Shown one piece after another: positions 9,255 to 16,135 of a stretch of 64,000 nucleotides of DNA (position 1 is its first letter; every line of letters begins with the position of its first letter). A program made the translations under genes and the position numbers. The notes beneath the pieces were generated by a model. It was given only the letters and a program-made list of their open reading frames with translations, had not been told where the DNA came from and did no database searches. This stretch comes from Candidatus Micrarchaeota archaeon. GTDB taxonomy: Archaea > Micrarchaeota > Micrarchaeia > Micrarchaeales > CABMGC01. Where the stretch lies: NCBI GenBank assembly GCA_021817125.1, contig JAKAWC010000002.1:3589-67588 (forward strand). Reading direction: 5' to 3'.

Positions 9255-9365
9255 GTGTCGGATATGGGGAATATTACTGCAGTGTCTGCATGAGAGAATA
9301 CTATTGAGGTGTGTGATATGGGAGGCTACTATTAAGAGTGTTATTATGGGTCCATACTATTAAGG
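9255..9365. repeat. four contiguous degenerate ~27-29-bp direct repeats, consensus GTGT-N3-(A/C)ATGRG-N4-5-TACTATTRAG
   Basis: Copies at 9255-9281, 9282-9308, 9309-9337 and 9338-9365, read directly. They lie between the methyltransferase start (9214) and the stop of the Lrp-like gene (9407). Confidence 0.7.
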
Positions 9366-9406
9366 CAGACTAACAGCATCTTGCCCTTCGGCGACACTAT
9401 TTTTCA

Positions 9407-10813
9407 TCATTCATAAGCTACCAATTTCTTTGGTTCAGCCTTGCCTATTGAAACTAATCTTGCATATTGTCTTGAATAATCGTTATCAAATCGCCTATAG
9501 CATAGTTGGCCGACTATGACATCAGATACTATTAAACTCCTAACCCGTACACCATGAAATGAAGGTCTTAATGTATCCAGTTCACCTTCTATGCTACTAT
9601 CGCGTGCTATGGGTGTAAAGAAGATTGTTGCAGTAGAGATACCAATGTTGCCGGTTAGGGCATGTTTATTCATTATCTGATTGTAATCGATAATATAGCT
9701 TAATAATGTAGATATAGTTTCCTCCTCCTCGAATGCGTTAAGAGTCTCGGCCAGTATAATACTGAGATACCTCATCGACAGCTTCGCCAGTGTTATCGTT
9801 GGTCTCACTATTATCCCACGACGTTTTAGGTCTAAGTAGGTATACCTCGATGCACCTCTCCCGAGGTTGTGTCTGGCATCTATCTCCGTGAAGTCTTTTG
9901 TGCAGTCCTCATTTAGCTCCCTTAACAGTGCGAATTCTCTTGCCTTGAGTTCTTCATTAGAAGCCGGAGAAGGCTCGCCTTTCTTATGCCAGACATGCTT
10001 CTTCAGCACCATGTCGATAAACTCGTTTCGGAGAGGCACAAAAGAGTATGCCTGGCCGAAATAGAGTACATCCCATCTTGCACCGTATCCTTTCAGGAGC
10101 GGGCTTGCCTCAATCTTCCACGCATCTCCGGACGCGCTGATGGGATCGCCGGAGTCAAGCCAGTATATAACAAGGTCATAATCCCCTTTGGTCATGGCTG
10201 CAAACTGCACCTTCGGTTCGTCTTGAAGCAGCTTCTTTATGACATCGACGGGCGGTTGTTCCTTATCAAATTTGACGAAAATCAGGTACGGCAGAAGCCC
10301 AAATCTTTTGACGTCAGTCTCAAGGATGTACCTCATTCCATACCTCTTCTCAAAGTTCTTTATCTTCGTGTTTGCCTCTGATCTACTTAAGCCCGCTCTC
10401 TTAGCTATAAGAGATATAGGCATCCTCGCATTCATGCTTAGCATCGTGAGCACTTGCTTATCCACTTCTAATAATTCTCTCTCGACTTGAGGCTCTGCCA
10501 CAGCGCGCTCTTCTAGCTTTGGATAGGATATCCTTCCGCCATATGCCTTAATTATCGCTTCGGCTTTTCGGAGGTCGCTTCCAGGACCTGACGCAACCTT
10601 TTCTATGAATCGCCCCCTGTCGGTTATCTTGCCAAGGTACTCCTGCTCTCCGATTACTCTCTTCCTTTTCTTGTCCCATCTGCTGGTAGCCTTGTATACA
10701 TAATATCGTTTTCCAAACCTTCTGAGGACGACAGCAAAGTCAACCCGCTGCCTGATAGCGCTGAATGCGTCGAGGACCCTCGGCGGGATGTCGTTCACGC
10801 TTAGTATATACAT
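9407..10813 (-). CDS. atypical 468-aa regulator with two Lrp/AsnC-type winged-HTH modules and an extra N-terminal domain
   Basis: HTH 1: DKQVLTMLSMNARMPISLIAKRAGLSRSEANTKIKNFEKRYGM. HTH 2: EFALLRELNEDCTKDFTEIDARHNLGRGASRYTYLDLKRRGII. The composition is AT-richer than the surrounding genes. Confidence 0.65.
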   Translation of the reverse strand: MYILSVNDIPPRVLDAFSAIRQRVDFAVVLRRFGKRYYVYKATSRWDKKRKRVIGEQEYLGKITDRGRFIEKVASGPGSDLRKAEAIIKAYGGRISYPKLEERAVAEPQVERELLEVDKQVLTMLSMNARMPISLIAKRAGLSRSEANTKIKNFEKRYGMRYILETDVKRFGLLPYLIFVKFDKEQPPVDVIKKLLQDEPKVQFAAMTKGDYDLVIYWLDSGDPISASGDAWKIEASPLLKGYGARWDVLYFGQAYSFVPLRNEFIDMVLKKHVWHKKGEPSPASNEELKAREFALLRELNEDCTKDFTEIDARHNLGRGASRYTYLDLKRRGIIVRPTITLAKLSMRYLSIILAETLNAFEEEETISTLLSYIIDYNQIMNKHALTGNIGISTATIFFTPIARDSSIEGELDTLRPSFHGVRVRSLIVSDVIVGQLCYRRFDNDYSRQYARLVSIGKAEPKKLVAYE

Positions 10814-11093
10814 ATATATGCTATTTAAGGCTTTTGCCTTGCATATATGTAATATATCCCGTGAGAATTCCTATGATTTTACCACATTTATTAATTATGC
10901 TGAGATTTTTCTACCTGTTTTAGTTGAATGTCCTCGATATACGTGGCCATTCTTATATAGTCGAAAAGTCAGAATACTATTCACAGATGGGGTTGGCGTG
11001 GGACAGTATCTATTTTCAGATGCAGCATCCCTCCCCTCAAAGATGCCACCCCATCCCCATCCCCTTTTGGATGCGTCATGCTTGGTGGGTTGA

Positions 11094-11237
11094 ATGATGG
11101 TGGTAAGCACAATAAAAAGGACTCTGGGAATAGGTAGGGCAGCGATTGAGACGCCGTACGTCTGCTGGATGTGCGGCGCACAGTATGAGAACGCCGCGGA
11201 GTTCCTCTGCCACATAAATGCCGAGAAGGGCAACTAA
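11094..11237 (+). CDS. 47-aa zinc-finger-like micro-protein
   Basis: Hand translation gives MMVVSTIKRTLGIGRAAIETPYVCWMCGAQYENAAEFLCHINAEKGN. It has a C-x2-C ... C-H arrangement similar to small C2H2-like fingers of archaeal mobile elements. It is below the 60-aa cut-off of the ORF track. Confidence 0.35.
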   Translation: MMVVSTIKRTLGIGRAAIETPYVCWMCGAQYENAAEFLCHINAEKGN

Positions 11238-11246
11238 GGCGACAAC

Positions 11247-11438
11247 ATGGGAATAATACAAACAATGGCAGCGCAAGCTCTGCCCCAGAAGGAGGTTCCG
11301 TTCACTGCACTGGCAGGGCTGACACGGCAGCCTGTTGCAGAGTCATCCAGAAAGGCAGCATTTCGAGGAGCGCTCCGAAGTCCAGGATTAACGATGAACG
11401 ATAAATGGGTTGGATCAGATGAGAAACAAAAGAGTTAG
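11247..11438 (+). CDS. hypothetical 63-aa protein
   Basis: From the ORF track only. It is co-oriented with the neighbouring small ORFs and has no recognisable motif. Confidence 0.2.
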   Translation: MGIIQTMAAQALPQKEVPFTALAGLTRQPVAESSRKAAFRGALRSPGLTMNDKWVGSDEKQKS

Positions 11439-11532
11439 CGATGGCACCGCTACGGTGCTGAGAAACGTGACAGAAGGCGGCTTCCTGATGGTGAAGCCGA
11501 CGCACTGAAGCGACGCCGACATAAAGGCGAAG

Positions 11533-11763
11533 GTGATTGCCATGTGCGGCGGAGTAGAGAAGGTCGTCCTGTCGAGCGGTGAGTACGGCTACGTCGTGTC
11601 CACTAAGAAGGGCACAGACATCGCCGAGGTCAGGAACCGGCTCGGCAGGGTCCTGAAGGGCGCAGTGATAACCGCCGCATCTGGTCACATCGTGTACCGC
11701 GCCAAGAGGTCCTCTGCAAAGAGGATAATAAGGGCCGTGCGCCCAGGTCTGTTCACGCGATGA
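11533..11763 (+). CDS. hypothetical 76-aa protein
   Basis: The ORF has globular-looking composition (VVLSSGEYGYVVSTKKGTDIAEVRNRLGRVLKGAVITAASGHIVYRAK) and is co-oriented in the small-ORF cluster. Confidence 0.35.
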   Translation: MIAMCGGVEKVVLSSGEYGYVVSTKKGTDIAEVRNRLGRVLKGAVITAASGHIVYRAKRSSAKRIIRAVRPGLFTR

Positions 11764-11767
11764 TACG

Positions 11768-11998
11768 ATGTGTACTATAATTTTCTTTGCTGGTATGTCA
11801 TTGGGCGGACGCCTGGAGATTGACCCAGAGGACTGCAGCCATCCAGAGGAGTATGTAAAGGAGTGGTGCGAATGGTGCCGCATCCACAACATAGACGAGA
11901 TGCAGCTGCAGTGCGAGTGGTGCGGCAAGATATTAAGGGCGGAGCCGACCCCGTACTGGAAGAAGAGAGGTTGGGACAGGAAAAGATTAAGGCATTAG
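11768..11998 (+). CDS. small zinc-ribbon protein
   Basis: WCEWC ... x13 ... CEWCG gives a CxxC-x13-CxxC pattern, followed by a basic C-terminus. The start may instead be the internal Met (MSLGG...). Confidence 0.4.
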   Translation: MCTIIFFAGMSLGGRLEIDPEDCSHPEEYVKEWCEWCRIHNIDEMQLQCEWCGKILRAEPTPYWKKRGWDRKRLRH

Positions 11999-12008
11999 CG
12001 GAATAGGG

Positions 12009-12320
12009 CTAGTCCATCTGGTATACCTGCAGGAACGGGACGCCGGAGACCATCTTCACATCGCCCTTCTCCGCAAGCCCGAGTTCTATGAATACTCCAA
12101 CAGCGTCCTTCCCGACTATGTTTGCCGTGTACAGCCTCTTTATCTTGCCCATCTCCCTCTTAGCGTCGTCTGCGCTCACCAGGTCCCCCTTGTAAAAGCT
12201 TGCGTATCTCGCCAGTTCCAGGTGTATCTTTCCCTCACTGAGCGTCTTCCCGAGAAGGTCTTTGTCGCACATGGCCACGATGTACCCGTTGTCTGTCGGG
12301 TAAGTCTTAACGTAAATCAT
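12009..12320 (-). CDS. DUF424-family small archaeal protein
   Basis: MIYVKTYPTDNGYIVAMCDKDLLGK...LYTANIVGKDAV, 103 aa. The ATG at 12320 lies 4 nt after the TGA of the upstream GT2 gene. The longer 180-aa track ORF overlaps that gene and is rejected. Confidence 0.6.
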   Translation of the reverse strand: MIYVKTYPTDNGYIVAMCDKDLLGKTLSEGKIHLELARYASFYKGDLVSADDAKREMGKIKRLYTANIVGKDAVGVFIELGLAEKGDVKMVSGVPFLQVYQMD

Positions 12321-12324
12321 TTGC

Positions 12325-13995
12325 TCACCCGTAGCGGTAGAAAAAGAAGAAAGTCGAGCCGTAGAGCATGCAGTACCAGAGCAGCCAGATCCCGCCTGAG
12401 AAGTTGTTAGCAGCGAGAGAGAGGACGCCCAGCCCGAGCATGCCGACGGAGAATACCATCTCCGCAAGAGAATTCCTGAGCGCGGCGATGAACCGCATCC
12501 CTTTCCCCTTTGTGTCCCCCTTGACCCATCCGAACTTCGGGTCCATTCCAAGCACCGCAGCGACGCCCGCCCTCGCCCGTATGAATGCGAGGCCGAAGTT
12601 GAGGAAGAATATCATTATCCCGTACTTGAACGAGCCGAAGTATATCCTGGAGACCAGAAGCGGGGCGACGAACGAGACCACAAGCGCGAGTATGCTGAAG
12701 TACTCTATGTCTGCCTCAATGTAGCTAGGGTAGAGCAGGTGGCTCAGCGACGAGCTGGTCCAAGGTGCGTTCATCAGCACTACCAGTATCGAGAGCACGC
12801 TGAACAATATCAGTATCACCGACAGGTAGTTGAGCCCGAATCCAAGGCTGAAGTAGTCCAGCTTCTCCATCGGTTTCATCTTGGACTTTTTGGACTCCTT
12901 GAGGTAGTGCCTGAGGAACTGCGTACTACCATAGTTATACCTCCACTGCTGCCTTGCAAAAGCGGTGAACTTGTTTATCGGCCTTCCCAGTGCATACGTC
13001 CTTGGGATGTAGATTCCCTTATAATCCTTCATCCTCGTGTCGAAAGACAGAAACGTGTCCTCGACTATATACTCCGGGAATCCGCCTATCTCTTCGACGG
13101 CGCTCCTCCGCAGTATGCCGCATGAGCCAGCAAAGGTCTGCGTGTTCCTGGATGCGCGCGAAGGCTGTATAAAGTTGAAGAAGAACCCGTTGAAGAGCGT
13201 GACCGAATCTGAGAAGAAGCTGCCCCTCTGGTATGTCTTCTCCGTCTGGACGTACGCCACCTTCCTATCATCGAAGAACGGAAGCAGGTCCACCAGGAAT
13301 CTCTTCTTGATCAGGTACTCGTCAGCGTCGAACACTGCTATAAATTCCTCTCCTGTCTTCATGGCGAGGAAGTTGTTCATGGCGCCAGCCTTGAACGCGT
13401 GCCTCTGCTCACGGTGTACGTACGTAACACCGTTCTTCTTGGCAAACGCCGAGAGGTCCGCCGAGATTTCGCTGTTGGTCGAGTCATCGAGCAGATAGAA
13501 GTTCACTTTCTTCCTGTCATACTCCGCCTGCTTGAGCTTGAGCATCGCCGTCTTCACCACGCGCAGGTCCTCGTTGTATGACGGGACGACCACCGCCACC
13601 GTGGGATAACGGGACAGCTTCCCGAACTTGAGCCTCATCTTCTTGAACTTCTGCTCGTATGAGTATGAGTCATAGTAAGCTATGGCCGCCTGGAGGTTGA
13701 ATATCGTCGAGATGCCGCTTAAGAAGGCGAACACCACGGCTATAGAGACGGTATAAATGTTGTTCGAGATCGTGAACAGGTAGATGGCAAATCCCACGGT
13801 CAGCGCGTTAAGCAACAGCACGGCTGGGATAGTGAGGTATCTAATAAAAGCGCTTTGGTTCAAGCGTAGCACCGATGCATTATTATTCATGGTTACTATT
13901 AAAATGGTTTCGTATGGCGTTTCGGCGAGGGCAGAGCGCACGAAAGTCCAAGAAATGCGTAGTATAAGGCACGCAGGATCCGTCCAATCCCACAT
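12325..13995 (-). CDS. processive family-2 glycosyltransferase (cellulose/chitin-synthase-like) with N- and C-terminal TM segments
   Basis: VVVPSYNED, YLLDDST, FDADE (DxD), GSCGILRR, EDTFLS and QQWRY (the QxxRW signature of processive GT2s), plus multiple TM helices. An alternative start is ATG 13890. Confidence 0.8.
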   Translation of the reverse strand: MWDWTDPACLILRISWTFVRSALAETPYETILIVTMNNNASVLRLNQSAFIRYLTIPAVLLLNALTVGFAIYLFTISNNIYTVSIAVVFAFLSGISTIFNLQAAIAYYDSYSYEQKFKKMRLKFGKLSRYPTVAVVVPSYNEDLRVVKTAMLKLKQAEYDRKKVNFYLLDDSTNSEISADLSAFAKKNGVTYVHREQRHAFKAGAMNNFLAMKTGEEFIAVFDADEYLIKKRFLVDLLPFFDDRKVAYVQTEKTYQRGSFFSDSVTLFNGFFFNFIQPSRASRNTQTFAGSCGILRRSAVEEIGGFPEYIVEDTFLSFDTRMKDYKGIYIPRTYALGRPINKFTAFARQQWRYNYGSTQFLRHYLKESKKSKMKPMEKLDYFSLGFGLNYLSVILILFSVLSILVVLMNAPWTSSSLSHLLYPSYIEADIEYFSILALVVSFVAPLLVSRIYFGSFKYGIMIFFLNFGLAFIRARAGVAAVLGMDPKFGWVKGDTKGKGMRFIAALRNSLAEMVFSVGMLGLGVLSLAANNFSGGIWLLWYCMLYGSTFFFFYRYG

Positions 13996-14042
13996 CCGGA
14001 CGAATCTATATATATCCCTAAATAGGAAAAAGTTATAGTCTT

Positions 14043-14462
14043 ATGAGTGATGATATGGCAGCGCGATTGGCAGGCAGTGGAGTTGCAGAAGCAGTAGTGA
14101 GCACAGGTGCGATCAGGGTTGACAATTTCGACCAGATGCGCCTACTCGGCGCAGATGTAAAGACGGCAGTAATTATTTCTGGCAACGCACAGCGCGAGTT
14201 CCACAGGCACACAAACAGGAACGGCTGTGCAGGCGGATGGGTAGAGGGCACCGCATCTGTTGCAAATACGGCACAAATCGGTAGAGATGTTATTATTGCA
14301 GGCAGGGCACGGGTCTCCGGCACCGCACGGGTCTCCGGCAAAGTAGAAGTAAATGAAGGTGCTATCAACGACATGTATATATGCACCCAGCATGGGCTCG
14401 AGGCGTATCTCAAGTCGAAGGCCAAACTGAGGGGGTGCTGGACGCCGAGGAACTCAAGCTAG
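14043..14462 (+). CDS. hypothetical protein with beta-helix-like (hexapeptide-like) repeats
   Basis: ASVANTAQIGRDVIIAGRARVSGTARVSGKVEVNEGAI. It contains an exact ~18-nt tandem duplication at 14307-14340. The antisense ORF 14033..14425 is less protein-like. Confidence 0.4.
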   Translation: MSDDMAARLAGSGVAEAVVSTGAIRVDNFDQMRLLGADVKTAVIISGNAQREFHRHTNRNGCAGGWVEGTASVANTAQIGRDVIIAGRARVSGTARVSGKVEVNEGAINDMYICTQHGLEAYLKSKAKLRGCWTPRNSS

Positions 14463-14605
14463 AAAAGAGGGCCTAGAGAGCCGCGCTGAACGCTGTAGCG
14501 CTGGCCATACGCAACGCCTTCAAGCGGTACTAGACGCAGGTTGCCATCATGGCGAATGCCGCACAGCAAAACATTATAACCTATGCTGTACAAATGCGTA
14601 TACGT

Positions 14606-14729
14606 GCCAGGGTGGCAGAATCCGGTAACGCGCCGGTCTCGAGTTTGCAAAACATCGAGAGCTGATCAGTGATGCTACGAGCGAACCGGTGCCCGCAAGG
14701 GCTTTAGGGTTCAAATCCCTACCCTGGCG
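14606..14729 (+). tRNA. tRNA-Ser (anticodon CGA) with a 40-nt intron at the canonical 37/38 position (about 14644-14683)
   Basis: Folded by hand. Acceptor GCCAGGG/CCCTGGC with discriminator G. Anticodon stem CCGGT/ACCGG, with loop CT-CGA-G[intron]A. Long variable arm GCCC-GCAA-GGGC. T-arm TAGGG-TTCAAAT-CCCTA. There is one A-C mismatch in the D-stem. Confidence 0.85.
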
Positions 14730-14734
14730 TCATA

Positions 14735-14974
14735 TTAAAGATATTTTGCCACTTTGGATGCATGAAACGCAGTCACTACGAAGACCGCTTTCCCTATCCG
14801 GAGGAATACAACGACAACAATCTTGCCGTTTGGCAATAATCTGGCTGCTAAGAATTCTCCACTCCTTCTAGTAGTAGTGCGATCAGGTGCAGCCAAGGTG
14901 CTTTCAGTGCCCGCTTTGCTAATCTATCTCTTCAGCATCCGCTGCAAGGAATGCTTAGAAAAAGATATAATCAT
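14735..14974 (-). pseudogene. DUF4258-like toxin gene interrupted by an in-frame TAG (14924-14926)
   Basis: Translated by hand, codon by codon: MIISFSKHSLQRMLKR*ISKAGTESTLAAPDRTTTRRSGEFLAARLLPNGKIVVVVFLRIGKAVFVVTAFHASKVAKYL*. This matches the DUF4258 pattern (i.FSkHA.eRm.eR.Is ... VV...... vVITay). Its ATG overlaps the TGA of the DUF2283 gene (ATGA). Confidence 0.6.
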
Positions 14975-15228
14975 CGGCTTACCGCTATATTGGTCAGCAC
15001 GCGGGAAAGTATCCCATTCAGGTTGACTTTCGTTTTTGAGAACTCAAGGATTTCTATGCCGATGACTCTCTGGCGGTTGCCCCCGTCTAGAAGCACTCCA
15101 CGGCTGACTTCTATGGTGTCCTGCACCCTGCCGCTCCCGACTCGTATGTAAGCCGCATCTACCTGTCCCTCATACTCCAGCACATACTTCTCGGTCTTTG
15201 GACGTCGCTTCTCCATAAACACCAACAA
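14971..15228 (-). CDS. DUF2283-family protein (putative antitoxin partner)
   Basis: YVLEYEGQVDAAYIRVGSGRVQDTIEVSRGVLLDGGNRQRVIGIEILEFSK fits the DUF2283 pattern (yD.e.DalYI... ivGIEIL.aS). Confidence 0.7.
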   Translation of the reverse strand: MLVFMEKRRPKTEKYVLEYEGQVDAAYIRVGSGRVQDTIEVSRGVLLDGGNRQRVIGIEILEFSKTKVNLNGILSRVLTNIAVSR

Positions 15229-15323
15229 TCTACCTTTATCAGCAGACGTTTAAAAGTCTCATCCCATCTGCCACATGCCTTGCATGGCACAGCTATTTAT
15301 TTTATCCTATCCTTATACTTGCT

Positions 15324-15824
15324 ATGAACCTGAACGCCGGCAGGATCGCCCTTCTGATTGCAGCAATAGCAATCTCGGGTGCCGTGTACGCATCGCAGTA
15401 TCCAGGCGCTGCCGTAGGTCTCGACATATTCGCCCAGATATCCGCATTCATAGCAAGCCTCGTCCAGCAGATAACCGGCGCGCTAAGCTCGCTCGGGGTC
15501 GTCGCGCTTACGACGACAGTGTCGACGACGCTGAGCACCACCACTACGATACTCCAGACAACCGCACTCACAACGACCACTAGCCCAACAACGGTGAACA
15601 CAACGGTGCAGACTACGGCATCCACCGTGTCTTCCATCTCTACGGCTTCGACCCTGTCCACAATAAGCATCAACTATACTTGCGGGTCGAACAGGCAGTG
15701 CGACTACGGCACCTGCCCTTCGGGGCAGAGGTGCTCATCCGGACTGGCGGGCGTAGGCGGCTACTGCCCATACCACATCGGCTATGCGTGCGTCAACATC
15801 ACCACCGGAAACCGAACAAACTGA
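15324..15824 (+). CDS. secreted protein with a Thr/Ser-rich (mucin-like) linker and a C-terminal Cys-rich knot
   Basis: Signal peptide (RIALLIAAIAISGAVYA), a ~65-aa T/S-rich tract, then CGSNRQCDYGTCPSGQRCSS...GYCPYHIGYAC. Confidence 0.6.
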   Translation: MNLNAGRIALLIAAIAISGAVYASQYPGAAVGLDIFAQISAFIASLVQQITGALSSLGVVALTTTVSTTLSTTTTILQTTALTTTTSPTTVNTTVQTTASTVSSISTASTLSTISINYTCGSNRQCDYGTCPSGQRCSSGLAGVGGYCPYHIGYACVNITTGNRTN

Positions 15825-15859
15825 TCGGGTCTTATAAGATTTAACTCTGCTGTATCCAC

Positions 15860-16135
15860 ATGGACAGGAGTACAATAATTGCGGGTCTCGGCTGGATCGC
15901 TGCAGGCATAGTCTCGCTGGCTGCATGGGCAATCAAATCCCAGCCGGCCATATGCAACTGCCCTGCCCAGATAATAGGCCAGGTCTCCCATCCGTGCGTC
16001 TGCGGCTCGCCAGCAGGCAGTGCGGCAGGTCTCGCATACATCGGCGTGCTGACCCTAATCCTGGGATTTGCCATACTGCTCTCAAGCAAGCAGATAGAAA
16101 AGCTGAAGAGAACGATGATGCGCAAGAAGCGCTAA
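15860..16135 (+). CDS. small two-TM membrane protein with a Cys-containing loop
   Basis: TM helices IIAGLGWIAAGIVSLAAWAI and LAYIGVLTLILGFAILL, the loop CNCPAQIIGQVSHPCVCG, and a basic tail. Confidence 0.5.
   Translation: MDRSTIIAGLGWIAAGIVSLAAWAIKSQPAICNCPAQIIGQVSHPCVCGSPAGSAAGLAYIGVLTLILGFAILLSSKQIEKLKRTMMRKKR

Noticed and set aside
9255-9365. Possible CRISPR array
   Set aside because: The repeats are contiguous with no spacers, they are degenerate, there are only four copies, and no cas genes occur in the window.
11302-11928. 208-aa minus-strand ORF (MPHHSHCSCISSMLW...)
   Set aside because: The His/Ser/Cys/Arg-rich composition is not protein-like. It overlaps three more plausible co-oriented plus-strand small ORFs. 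It is kept only as an alternative to be tested.
12321-12551. 5' extension of the DUF424 ORF (180-aa version)
   Set aside because: It overlaps the 3' end of the processive GT2 gene in another frame and is Ser/Gly/Arg-rich. The DUF424-like sequence starts at ATG 12320.
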